NCBI GenBank assembly: GCA_963667175.2
Contig: CAXXXF010000013.1
Location: forward strand, 32,001-96,000
Direction of reading: 5' to 3'
DNA: 64,000 nucleotides
DNA from: Candidatus Latescibacterota bacterium
GTDB taxonomy: Bacteria; Latescibacterota; UBA2968; GCA-2709665
Each line of letters opens with the position of its first letter. Within the stretch, counting starts at the first letter, position 1. A program made the translations under genes and the position numbers. This document shows, piece after piece, positions 41,534-57,014 of this stretch. The notes beneath the pieces were generated by a model, which saw nothing but the letters and a program-made list of their open reading frames with translations, was not told where the DNA came from and did no database searches.

Positions 41534-41893
41534 GGGAGCAACTTGTGGCGCGTCAGATCTCTCGCCGTTTCAATTAGCCTCAATTTAAAAAAGATAATCG
41601 TTAAATTGGCCACAAAAAGCACAAAAGACACAAAAGGTATCGGTGCGAAACAGCGTGTGTCGTAACGCCGTGACCCTGCAGATATTTGCTTGTCTTTCGG
41701 CGGTACGCCCTGTAATAGGATGGTTGTTTTTGTGCCTCTTGTGGCAAGTTGCCTTCAATCGAAAATTCCAGCAAGCCGACACTGAGGAGAAAACTCCCGA
41801 AACGGAGCGTAATGGTCGTCCAAAAGGATGTTTTTTCCGTTCACGTCCGGTGACCTGATGTATCCTGGAAATCCGATGTCACATCGCCTTTAT

Positions 41894-42238
41894 TCACTTG
41901 CCTATATTCGATTTAACGTCACCGAATAATGACGAATCGAGGTTAGATCGGAGGGCTTCAAGGTCCCGGTCCCGCAATTCGGATTTTGCGATAAAGGAGA
42001 CAACCGGAAACGCATCCGTGCCCGCCTTCGCCACCCTGCGACGCAGGTCGCGTCTCAGGCCTGAAGTACGCCGAGCACCGAGGCGGTCCTTGTTGAAGAC
42101 AGCTTTTATCACAAGGATCTCGTCCCCATATTCATCGAAATCCGGCCTTACCGCAACCAATTCAAACACGTCACCGCATCGTTCTCTTAAAGTCGTTTCG
42201 ACAACATCCTTAACTCTTGACAGGTTTTGTACCGTCAT
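41894..42238 (-). CDS. Hypothetical protein, possibly nucleotidyltransferase-fold antitoxin-like
   Basis: AAGGGGG SD before MTVQNL; DFDEYGDEILVIKAVF...FPVVSFIAKSE. No partner gene evident. Confidence 0.5.
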   Translation of the reverse strand: MTVQNLSRVKDVVETTLRERCGDVFELVAVRPDFDEYGDEILVIKAVFNKDRLGARRTSGLRRDLRRRVAKAGTDAFPVVSFIAKSELRDRDLEALRSNLDSSLFGDVKSNIGK

Positions 42239-42376
42239 CGTCGCCCCCTTTTGTTTATCCAAAACGGGCAGTTACGAACAGAAACCTTCCCGTCTACTGC
42301 GTCCAACTTCCGGCCGAAAATCAGCGTTGCACGGGAAATCAAGCCGACGTGTCCGATAGAACAGCGCCTTGCATGT

Positions 42377-42607
42377 AGATAAATTGCATCTCGAGGCACA
42401 CTGAATCAAGGACATACTGAAGACGACTTGGGGGCGGGGCGGCGCCGGTCACCTCCGGCATCGTCATGGCTCGTTCAAGTTCAACTTAAGTTAAACATAG
42501 AGCATCCCGAACATGCACTAAACGTCGGCATCAAGCATTACGGCTTTCCACCGCTCTCCACGACGCTACGATTCTGAACGGCGTCCTCAAGTTCAGCGGC
42601 GGAGTTA
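42377..42607 (-). ncRNA. Conserved structured non-coding element, copy 2
   Basis: Colinear with 23220-23451. Confidence 0.45.
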
Positions 42608-42632
42608 CTGTCCACAGGCTCGTCGCGAAGGG

Positions 42633-42749
42633 CTACCGGATGTAGGCTTGCGCTTCCTCAAACGTCATGCCGCTGATCTGTTCGCTAAGTCTGTCCCGGA
42701 TCAAACGCATCATCCAGACGGCATCGAACGGCTTGTTACTCGTCGTCAT
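42633..42749 (-). CDS. 38-aa SNKPFDAV-family small protein (possibly truncated)
   Basis: MTTSNKPFDAVWMMRLIRDRLSEQISGMTFEEAQAYIR*. Confidence 0.4.
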   Translation of the reverse strand: MTTSNKPFDAVWMMRLIRDRLSEQISGMTFEEAQAYIR

Positions 42750-42863
42750 AGCCTATTGCGTTGTTTGGTGTTCTGCCTTCCACGATAGCGAAGAGTCCAC
42801 AGCCGATGCCAGATGAATCGGTGTAGATGTCTTTGCTTCATTTGTAAAGACCAAATGTCAATT

Positions 42864-49501
<6,638 letters not shown>

Positions 49502-49600
49502 TCGTTCCTCCTTTTTCTTCAGGTGTCCACGTCAGCATCAGTATTCTTTACGGGCTGATACGCTATTGGATTTGCAGGGATTATGTAAGTAGATATGGGC

Positions 49601-49792
49601 TTACCTGCGAAGCTTGAAATTCTTACTTTGCGGGGGTTCGTTGTCGATCTCAATGCCTTGGTCTCTCAATCGGTCAATGCCGCCGCGTACCTGTTTGCAG
49701 TCTAAGTTCACGGCTGTCGCCATTTCCAGCACGGAAGCGCCGTTTTTCCGGCGCTTCAGATATTCGTACACGCGAGATTGAATAGACTCCAT
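49601..49792 (-). CDS. Small winged-HTH protein, candidate cas regulator
   Basis: 63 aa: VYEYLK...SVLEMATAVNLDCKQVRGGIDRLRDQGIEI. GGGAG SD. Confidence 0.6.
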   Translation of the reverse strand: MESIQSRVYEYLKRRKNGASVLEMATAVNLDCKQVRGGIDRLRDQGIEIDNEPPQSKNFKLRR

Positions 49793-49899
49793 GATGTTCT
49801 CCCTTCAAAATCGCCAACGTCCATTACGCGCGTCGTCTTTTTTTGTTGCTTTCGCATCAGAAGTTGTATATCTTACGAGAGGATTTATAAAACGAAACT

Positions 49900-49941
49900 T
49901 TCTATGAAATAGAATATAACAACCCCTGAAGTCATTGTCAA
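49900..49941 (-). promoter_or_regulatory. Sigma70 promoter with overlapping inverted repeat
   Basis: TTGACA (49941-49936), 17 nt, TATATT (49918-49913); TTCTAT-N3-ATAGAA at 49900-49914. Confidence 0.65.
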
Positions 49942-50093
49942 GTGTTTTCTCTCTTTAGGCCTCATTGAAGGATAGAGAGTTTTGTTTTTTAGCATTTTGT
50001 ATGTGTCACTTCCGGGCCGCAAGGCCCGGCCTCATTGCAGTAGTTGGCAGCAACAGGCGATGGCCCTTCGTCCAGAGAGCAACTGCTATCGGG

Positions 50094-50321
50094 CTATCTT
50101 CTTCGTTCTTTCTTTTCTGTACCAACTCGATTTCGCATGGCGTCAAATTCGGTGGAGCGGGTGAGTCGTTCCCGAATCCAGGCCTCGTCTACCGGCTCGC
50201 CCTCCATCGCCATCGAGTTCGCCACGTGACGGGGAATCGCCTTCAGATGCCGACACCGGCGCTCCTCCGCCGGGAGGTTGCGCCATTGTTCGATGGCCTC
50301 CCTCCAATGCATGTCGGGCAT
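50094..50321 (-). CDS. Small protein with VbhA/Fic-antitoxin-like SxxxEG motif
   Basis: AGGAGG SD before MPDMHW; VANSMAMEGEPV matches (S/T)xxxE(G/N). Confidence 0.5.
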   Translation of the reverse strand: MPDMHWREAIEQWRNLPAEERRCRHLKAIPRHVANSMAMEGEPVDEAWIRERLTRSTEFDAMRNRVGTEKKERRR

Positions 50322-50397
50322 CGACGTCCTCCTGTTCATGTCTAAACGTCGATAATATCCGCGTAACATTCGCAATAGATTCGGGTCTATTTTCAGC

Positions 50398-50640
50398 CTA
50401 TCCACTGGTTTCATCCTGATCACCAACCGCTCTCTTCCTCGCAGAGACTTCGCGCAAGACCTGGGCCATCTCCTTCTTGCTCCTCCGCAGCAGGTCGATC
50501 TCGCACGGCGTCAGATTCCTGTGAGAGGGCGAGACGCCCACTATCTGATTGAGTTTGGCCGCCGAAGGGGTGGTTCGAGCAGGCTTGTTCCGGCTCCTTG
50601 AACGCTGCTCCGCGTCGTTGTCTTTGGCCATTTTCTTCAT
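50398..50640 (-). CDS. LTPxEIDLLR-family small protein, free-standing copy 1
   Basis: PARTTPSAAKLNQIVGVSPSHRNLTPCEIDLLRRSKKE. Confidence 0.6.
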   Translation of the reverse strand: MKKMAKDNDAEQRSRSRNKPARTTPSAAKLNQIVGVSPSHRNLTPCEIDLLRRSKKEMAQVLREVSARKRAVGDQDETSG

Positions 50641-50874
50641 TTTTCTCAGACGCGGAAACGACCGGCGCCCGTGCGGGGATTAGCCTTAATTCCTCAAAAA
50701 TAGGCAATCGAAAACGCGGTCAAACGCTGAAGAAATGGGGCATTTCGTTAGTTCAAATGCGGTTCTTCTCCGATCACCGCCGATGACCTAAAGAATCGTC
50801 TACTCGCGACCTCAATTTGCCTTTGATCTTCTGGGCAAATCCGATTTTAGGCCGCTAAAAATGCAGAATCAAGG

Positions 50875-51072
50875 TTAGAGTTTGAATAGAATCAGCGTGC
50901 CAAGCGTGATAAACATGGTAAACTGAATGCCGATCATCCAGCGGAAACCCTGATCGACGCGAATTTCGAGGGCAGCGATGCGCTGGCTAAGCTGCTCAAC
51001 GGTACCCTCCAGGCGCGCAAGGCGTGCCTCGAAATCGGCGCTGGCGGGTGCTTCGGGCGTTGCGGTGTTCAT
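50875..51072 (-). CDS. Coiled-coil + C-terminal TM small protein
   Basis: Heptad FEARLARLEGTVEQL plus hydrophobic tail; paralogue at 53028-53213. Confidence 0.65.
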   Translation of the reverse strand: MNTATPEAPASADFEARLARLEGTVEQLSQRIAALEIRVDQGFRWMIGIQFTMFITLGTLILFKL

Positions 51073-51377
51073 GATGGTTTCCCTTCTTTGTGTGTTGGTT
51101 GCGACCCCTGGCCGGATTCTTTGCGCTGTTCGTCTGCTTCCATCGTTGCCTGCGTTTCATCCTGATCTCGAGCCGCTTTCTTCCTCGCAGAGACTTCGCG
51201 CAAGACCTGGGCCATCTCCTTCTTGCTTTTCCGCAGCAGGTCGATCTCGTACGGTGTCAGATTCCGGGGCGCGGACGAGACGCCTACTATCTGATTGAGC
51301 TTGGCGGCTGACGGGGTGGTTCGAGCAGGCCTGTCCCCACGCTCTGAGGGCTGCTGCACTTCGTTGTGCTCAGCCAT
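51069..51377 (-). CDS. LTPxEIDLLR-family small protein, free-standing copy 2
   Basis: RPARTTPSAAKLNQIVGVSSAPRNLTPYEIDLLRKSKKE; ATGA overlap with the next gene. Confidence 0.6.
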   Translation of the reverse strand: MAEHNEVQQPSERGDRPARTTPSAAKLNQIVGVSSAPRNLTPYEIDLLRKSKKEMAQVLREVSARKKAARDQDETQATMEADEQRKESGQGSQPTHKEGKPS

Positions 51378-51417
51378 TTTCTTTGTCCTTCACGGGCAAC
51401 GTGCTCACGGCAGGCAA

Positions 51418-51514
51418 CCCCCCACCGCATCAGCCGTCGCCTGACGGCTCGGCTTCTGCCTGCCTGCCGTTCCAACGGGACAGGCAGGCGACTCCCCCTC
51501 AAGAGGGGAGTGAT
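51418..51514 (-). repeat. MITE/REP-like element (same family as 22625-22712) with an inserted CCTGCCTG...CAGGCAGG palindrome
   Basis: Reverse-complement alignment with 22625-22712. Confidence 0.6.
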
Positions 51515-51713
51515 GGCGAGGTCAAACGGGCTTAGACGTTTACTTCCATCCGTTGGGTTCGGGCTGAGCAAAGCAAAGCCGCGTTGGAGATTTACCGATG
51601 GCCGGGGCCATATTACGATGAGACCGATTCGAACGGCCTATTTTCGATCGGCGGACTGCCGAGAGGGGCGACGTCCTCTCACCCAAATGGCAGTCTATTC
51701 CCATCAGGCGACG

Positions 51714-51935
51714 TCAAAGACCTGCAATGGGTATGGACGTTGTTGCTTCAGCCTCTCCGTGGACCATCAGTCGCACCTTCTCGGTCGTCTCGCGACGAAA
51801 CGCCTGTTCGCCGCATCGGACGCATACCACAGCCGGAATGCTCCCGACCAGGGCATAACGCCCATCAACGCGAAACACCTCGTCGACCAACTCCTCACGG
51901 CTTTCCTGGGAATGGCAGACCGGGCAAGTAAACAT
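51714..51935 (-). CDS. YgiT/MqsA-type zinc-finger protein (orphan antitoxin-like)
   Basis: MFTCPVCH...IPAVVCVRCGEQAF with AAGGAGG SD. Last codons possibly frameshifted. Confidence 0.7.
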   Translation of the reverse strand: MFTCPVCHSQESREELVDEVFRVDGRYALVGSIPAVVCVRCGEQAFRRETTEKVRLMVHGEAEATTSIPIAGL

Positions 51936-52029
51936 GCTCACCTCCTTACTGGAGTATTCGATCCATACATAGTGGCGACCCTCCAGATCGGCAACCTCAA
52001 GAGGCACGTTCACGAAATCACTCCAGGAA

Positions 52030-52374
52030 TCAGACAGAACGAGCAATACGTTCGATCGCTCTGGCCAACTCAGGGAGGTCGCGTTCGACGACGCTCCAAA
52101 CCGCATCAAGATCAACCTGTAAATAACCATGCACAAGCACGTTGCGAAACCCTGCAATGGCACGCCAGGGAACGTCTCTCTCGGTCTCTTTTACTGCGTC
52201 GCTCAGGCGCTGCGTTGACTCCGAGAGCGTCTGCAGATTTCGCACGACGGCATCCTGCACCATGCGTGAACCGTAGAACGAAGCTCGCCTGCTGCCGGTG
52301 TATTCCCGAATGCGTTCAATGCACTCGCGTATGTGTTCCAGCAATACTCTATCCGACTGCGCATCGGGTTTCAT
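52030..52374 (-). CDS. hepT: HepT-like (DUF86) HEPN ribonuclease toxin
   Basis: QDAVVRNLQTLSES, PWRAIAGFRNVLVHGY (RX4HXY). Confidence 0.85.
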   Translation of the reverse strand: MKPDAQSDRVLLEHIRECIERIREYTGSRRASFYGSRMVQDAVVRNLQTLSESTQRLSDAVKETERDVPWRAIAGFRNVLVHGYLQVDLDAVWSVVERDLPELARAIERIARSV

Positions 52375-52655
52375 AACGGCTGCGCCTCGTTCAGAACGCG
52401 CTCGCGGAGGGCCGGATGAAGACTCTTTTCAGTGACGACTTCTACGCGGCGTTGCAGAAGGTCCCGCACGTCCATCAACAGCGCGCCGAGCGCGAGGCCC
52501 GTTCTATCGGGCGGGAGCGACACCAGCAGATCGACGTCACCGGAATCATCGGCATCGCCCCTCGCCATAGACCCGAACACACGTACGTCGGTAATACCGT
52601 GCCGTTCAGCAAGGGCGAGAATCCCGGCGCGGTGTTGTTCGATGATTGAGTGCAT
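52371..52655 (-). CDS. mntA: MntA-like minimal nucleotidyltransferase antitoxin
   Basis: VRVFGSMARGDADDSGDVDLLV (GSX10DXD); ATGA overlap with hepT. Confidence 0.85.
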   Translation of the reverse strand: MHSIIEQHRAGILALAERHGITDVRVFGSMARGDADDSGDVDLLVSLPPDRTGLALGALLMDVRDLLQRRVEVVTEKSLHPALRERVLNEAQPL

Positions 52656-52722
52656 AACTACCGTATCCCTACTCGCCGTCCTTCCGGCGCTTGATGAGCA
52701 GTGTACGCTGATGGTCCGAACC

Positions 52723-53004
52723 TTAGCGGGAATCCTCGCGCTGTTCGTCTGCTTCCATCGTTGCTCGCGTTTCATCCTGATCTCGAGCCGCCTCTTTTTC
52801 CTTCGCCAGGACTTCGCTCACGATCTCCGCAGTTTCCTTCGCGGCCTTCCGAAGCAGCTCGATCTCGTACGGCGTCAGATTCCGGCAGGCGGGCGAGTCG
52901 CCCAATATCTGTTTGAGCTTGGCCGCCGATGGGGTGGTTCGAGCAGGCCTGTCCCCACGCTCTGAACGCTGCTCCGCGTCGTTGCCCTTAGCCATTTTCT
53001 TCAT
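52723..53004 (-). CDS. LTPxEIDLLR-family small protein, free-standing copy 3
   Basis: RPARTTPSAAKLKQILGDSPACRNLTPYEIELLRKAAKETAEIVSEVLA. Confidence 0.6.
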   Translation of the reverse strand: MKKMAKGNDAEQRSERGDRPARTTPSAAKLKQILGDSPACRNLTPYEIELLRKAAKETAEIVSEVLAKEKEAARDQDETRATMEADEQREDSR

Positions 53005-53027
53005 CTTTCATGGGCGCCGTGCGAGGG

Positions 53028-53213
53028 TTAGAGTTTGAAGAGAATGAGCGTGCCAAGCGTGATGAAGCTGGTAAAGTGGAGGCCGATAAGCCAGCGTTGC
53101 CCGCGCTCCAGGTTGGCAAGGCGCTGGTTCATCTGCTCTACCGTGCCCTCGAGGCGTGCAAGGCGTGCCTCGAAGTCGGCGCTGGCGGGTGCTTCGGGCG
53201 TCGCGGTGTTCAT
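53028..53213 (-). CDS. Coiled-coil + TM small protein (paralogue of 50875-51072)
   Basis: First 27 aa identical to the paralogue; same GTLILFKL end. Confidence 0.65.
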   Translation of the reverse strand: MNTATPEAPASADFEARLARLEGTVEQMNQRLANLERGQRWLIGLHFTSFITLGTLILFKL

Positions 53214-53226
53214 GGTGATTCCCCCT

Positions 53227-54250
53227 CTATGTGTGATGTTCGCGATCCTTAGCGGGAACCTTCGCGCTGTTCGCCATCTGCCGAGACGCGTCTTTCACCA
53301 TGTAGCGCAGCAGGCTCCGATTCAGGCTCTGCCGCACTTCCCGGTTGGGATAGCCCAGACGGTAGTGAGGTTCGCCGCCGAGATCTTCCTCGTCTGTTAT
53401 TGTGAGATACCCGGCCTGAAACAAAAGCGCCTCGGTGGCCACGTCGTCCACGTCAAACGTCGACAGCAGATCGCTGCTGCCCAGCATTTCGTCCGGAGCC
53501 AGAGAACTCACCTGGCGCTTGAACAGCGCTTCGACCAGAAACGTCGGCGTGCCTGTCTCAAACCAATAGGCGGCGAACTCACGGTTGCGAAACAGCAGCA
53601 GTATATCGAAGGGGTTATATACCCTGGTATCGCCCCGCCAACTGTAGCCGTTGTACCAGTAGCGGATCTCCTCCCGGTTGAGGCCGGACAACTCCGGCGC
53701 GAACACGGTGTCGATATCCTCGTCGGTGTACCCGCAGATGGACGAATGGCGCGCGTCCAGGGTGATGTCGACCAGATTGTTGAGGCCGAAGAACAGGCTG
53801 ACTCTGGAGAACTTGCTTACCCCGGTAATAAAGCTGAAGCGGATGTCGGTGTCGCTGTCCTTGACGACTGCATAGAGGCCCCGCAGATAGTTGTGGTTGG
53901 CGCGGGCGACGTCCGGCGTCTCCAGGGCGTCCAGGATCGGCTTGTCATACTCGTCGATCAGCACTGCGACGGGCCGACCGGTCTTGCCGTGCAGCACTTC
54001 CAGGAGACGCCGTAACCGTTCGGGACCGGTGACGTACTCCGAGGATACGTTCGCCTTTCGTTCCACGGCGTCCAATTGGGCCATCAGGTTCGTATGCAAG
54101 TGGCCCGGCTCCTTGAAGTGCCCGCTCCCGAAGCTCAGACGCAGGACGGGACAACGTATGGACCAGTTCCAGTAACCGTGGATGTCCAGCCCCTGAAACA
54201 GAGATTCGTTGCCCTCGAACATTTCCTTGAGCGTGTCGAGAAACAGGTTT
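53227..54250 (-). pseudogene. Doubly truncated AAA-ATPase-like fragment
   Basis: Begins at (N)LFLDTLKEMFEG after a stop, so Walker A is lost. Ends after PNREV by switching into sequence resembling 52720-52746. Confidence 0.75.
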
Positions 54251-54325
54251 CACGCTTTTGTTGTCTCCTTGAGGGTCTGATCCCGTGTCGGCGTCCGTAG
54301 CCCGGCGCGGGTCAAGGTGCAAAAG

Positions 54326-55618
54326 TCACGGCTTCTTGAAGATCCAGACCTTCTCCCGGTCCGTAACCAGAAACTCGTCGCGCCCGTCCCCGTCCAGGTC
54401 TCCGATCGCCGCGGTGTGGCTCGTGCCGAAATATCGGCCGCCGCCGGGATAGTTTTCGAGGCCGAACTTCCGAAACCGGTCGTGGAAGTTCCCCCGCGCC
54501 TTCAGCCGCGCCAGTTCCCGGCCCGTGGGATCCACCCATAAGACGCGGTGGTCGGCTTCGGGCTCGGTCGGCCATTCGAGACGCATCAGGCTGTCCTCGC
54601 CCACGTCGGTAGACCAGCCGATGACCGAGTAATAGCCCATCGTCCGATGCCTGGAAAGCTCGCGGCCCTGGGCATTGACGATCGCGGCCTCCCGCTCCTC
54701 CGCGCGTCCCAACGCCTTGTCCACAAAGGCCAGCTGAAGTCCGGGCTCGGCGTCGAAGAATCTTCCCGGCAGGATGTTCTGGCAGTGATTCATGGGAACG
54801 GTGAACCGCACGGTCCCGTCCGAATCGTGCACAACCGCGTCGTGCCCGTCGTGGGCCAGCGCAAACTCGAAGCGTCCGTCGCCGTCGATATCGGCAATAA
54901 CCGAATCGTCCAGGTGGTCGTTTTCTGACATCGGGGGATGCGACCAGAGCGGGCTGCCGTCGTGGTCGAACAGGCTGAAGCCGATCAGGAGTTCGTCCAG
55001 CCCGTCGCCATCCACGTCGGCAAAGTCGCCGCCGTGCCCGGCGCCGTCCACCTCCTTTTCCCAGACCACGTTGAAGTTATGGTCCAGCAGCAGGCTGGGA
55101 TTGCCGTACCCATGCGTGGCGGAAGACGTGACGCTCTTGGTAAAGACGTGAACCCTTCCGGAGTGATCGGTTCGAACCGCCCGCGAGTAATAGAACCCCG
55201 AATGGGGCAGTTCGTGCCGCCTGCACAACTCGCCGGTGGCGCCTTTGTACACCAGCAACTCGGCTTTGTAGATGATCATGATTTCGATCTGGCCGTCCCC
55301 GTCCAGGTCCACGACCTCGCAGAAATTGCTCCCGTTCCAGGAAAAGGGCCGTTCCAGCGCCCAGGGCGCCCCAATCTGCCAGAGAATCCGACCCTCGCCA
55401 TCCGTTAGCGTCAGGCAGAAGAGCTCCTGGTCTTCCACGCCCGTCTTGTACCCCTGAACGTCCTTGAACCGCGGATCGAACGCCTCGTTGGCGTGCGCGC
55501 CCGCGTTCTGCACGAACAGGACCTCGTTCTTCCCGTCTCCGTTGAAGTCACGGACCGTGAACGCCGGGCACCCCCAGGGGCGCACGTCCCAGACCGCGGC
55601 GGGATCGACGATTTTCAT
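54326..55618 (-). CDS. FG-GAP/VCBS-repeat beta-propeller protein (rhamnogalacturonan-lyase-like)
   Basis: Repeated DxDGDGxxE motifs, GHGGDFADVDGDG, DHLDD. Confidence 0.65.
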   Translation of the reverse strand: MKIVDPAAVWDVRPWGCPAFTVRDFNGDGKNEVLFVQNAGAHANEAFDPRFKDVQGYKTGVEDQELFCLTLTDGEGRILWQIGAPWALERPFSWNGSNFCEVVDLDGDGQIEIMIIYKAELLVYKGATGELCRRHELPHSGFYYSRAVRTDHSGRVHVFTKSVTSSATHGYGNPSLLLDHNFNVVWEKEVDGAGHGGDFADVDGDGLDELLIGFSLFDHDGSPLWSHPPMSENDHLDDSVIADIDGDGRFEFALAHDGHDAVVHDSDGTVRFTVPMNHCQNILPGRFFDAEPGLQLAFVDKALGRAEEREAAIVNAQGRELSRHRTMGYYSVIGWSTDVGEDSLMRLEWPTEPEADHRVLWVDPTGRELARLKARGNFHDRFRKFGLENYPGGGRYFGTSHTAAIGDLDGDGRDEFLVTDREKVWIFKKP

Positions 55619-55630
55619 GTGGCGTTCTCC

Positions 55631-56680
55631 TCAGGACAGTGGAAAGTCGACCCGCGCGTTGCCCGCGTGGTGCGACTTAAGGATGCCCAGGATGACCTCC
55701 AGCGACTTTCGCGCCTCCCGCGCGGGCGACACCGGGTCTCCGCCGTGTTCCAGCAGATGCACCAGCTCCGCCACCAGGGCGCCCTTGGAATGCAGCATGT
55801 AGTGCTCCGGGACGATCTCCGAGGTCTCGAACGAAGCGCCGCGGATCAGCCTGGCCGTCTTATCGGTCGCTTCCACCCGCCCGTCCTCGCACGTCAGAAC
55901 GAACCGCCACCCGGGAAAAGCCGTCTTGAACGAGTTGAAAAAAGCCCTGACGCCGTTCCCGAACCGGATATAGGCCGAGGCATACGGATCGCTCGCGGCA
56001 TCCTTTCCTCCGCCTCCCCGATACTCGGTGAAATGTTCGAACCCGTCCTCCAGGTCCGCCACCAGCCACAGGGGGTCTCCGTCTGCAAAAAAACAGACCG
56101 TATCCAGGGCGTGGGTCCCGTTGCGAAACAACATCGAACGCAGGCCGAACATCTCGCACCCGACGGTGCGCAGAGGGCCGATCTCGCCGCTTCGCACGAT
56201 CTCGCGGGCCTTGAGGTAATGCGGGTACCACCGCCGGGAATGATCCACCGAGAGAACGGTCCCGTTCGCTTCGGCTGCGGCGATCATCCTGTCGGCGTCC
56301 TCGAGCGTTGTCGCAAGCGGTTTTTCGCAGAGAATCGCGGCGGTACCGCGCTCGGCCGCGTCCACCACGATATCCGCGTGGAAGTGGTCGGACGTCGCGA
56401 CGCTCACCAGATCGGGGTTTTCCGCCTCGAACATCTCCCGATAATCCACGTAGTAACGCATTTCCGGCCACACGTCATTCCAGTTCTCCCGGAAACTTTC
56501 CAGCGCCTCCTCACGCAGGTCGCACACAGCGGTCAGCCGGGTCTGAGGACATCGGTAATAGGCCGAGGCATGCGACATCGGCATCGCGCCATAGACAGGC
56601 AGGCCCTCGGGTTCGGCCGGACGTCCGGCCCCGATTCCCGTCAGGCCCACGATCCCCGCGCGGTATTCGCGTTCGGACAT
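55631..56680 (-). CDS. Gfo/Idh/MocA-family oxidoreductase
   Basis: GIVGLTGIG, ILCEKPLA, NGTHALD. Confidence 0.9.
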   Translation of the reverse strand: MSEREYRAGIVGLTGIGAGRPAEPEGLPVYGAMPMSHASAYYRCPQTRLTAVCDLREEALESFRENWNDVWPEMRYYVDYREMFEAENPDLVSVATSDHFHADIVVDAAERGTAAILCEKPLATTLEDADRMIAAAEANGTVLSVDHSRRWYPHYLKAREIVRSGEIGPLRTVGCEMFGLRSMLFRNGTHALDTVCFFADGDPLWLVADLEDGFEHFTEYRGGGGKDAASDPYASAYIRFGNGVRAFFNSFKTAFPGWRFVLTCEDGRVEATDKTARLIRGASFETSEIVPEHYMLHSKGALVAELVHLLEHGGDPVSPAREARKSLEVILGILKSHHAGNARVDFPLS

Positions 56681-56726
56681 GGATCACCCCCGTATGTCAA
56701 TTCACCTCAAGTCGAAAAATGCATCG

Positions 56727-56863
56727 GCCACAAAATGCACAAAGGGCCTGCATGCAGCGCCTGTCTGCGTGCGTACACGCACAGGCAGGCAGTTCGCTGC
56801 GCAGGCAGGCACAGAAGGTACCGGCGCGAAACGGCGCGTGTCGTAACGCCGAGATCCTGCAGT
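56727..56863. repeat. Dispersed repeat (homologous to 41608-41682) interrupted by nested CCTG...CAGGCAGG palindromes
   Basis: Shared flanks ggccacaaaa..cacaaa and aaggta.cgg.gcgaaac.gcg.gtgtcgtaacgccg.ga.cctgcag. Confidence 0.55.
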
Positions 56864-57014
56864 TTTTCGTTGCCACGGCGAAGACCTGCCGAAACGGGGT
56901 ATGAGGTCGTCCAACCGGACGTTTTCTCCGTTCACGCCCCGTGACCTTGTCCATCCTGAAACGCCGACGTCAGACGTTCTTCTGCCATCGTCCTTCGCAA
57001 CCCCACTTCCCGGA

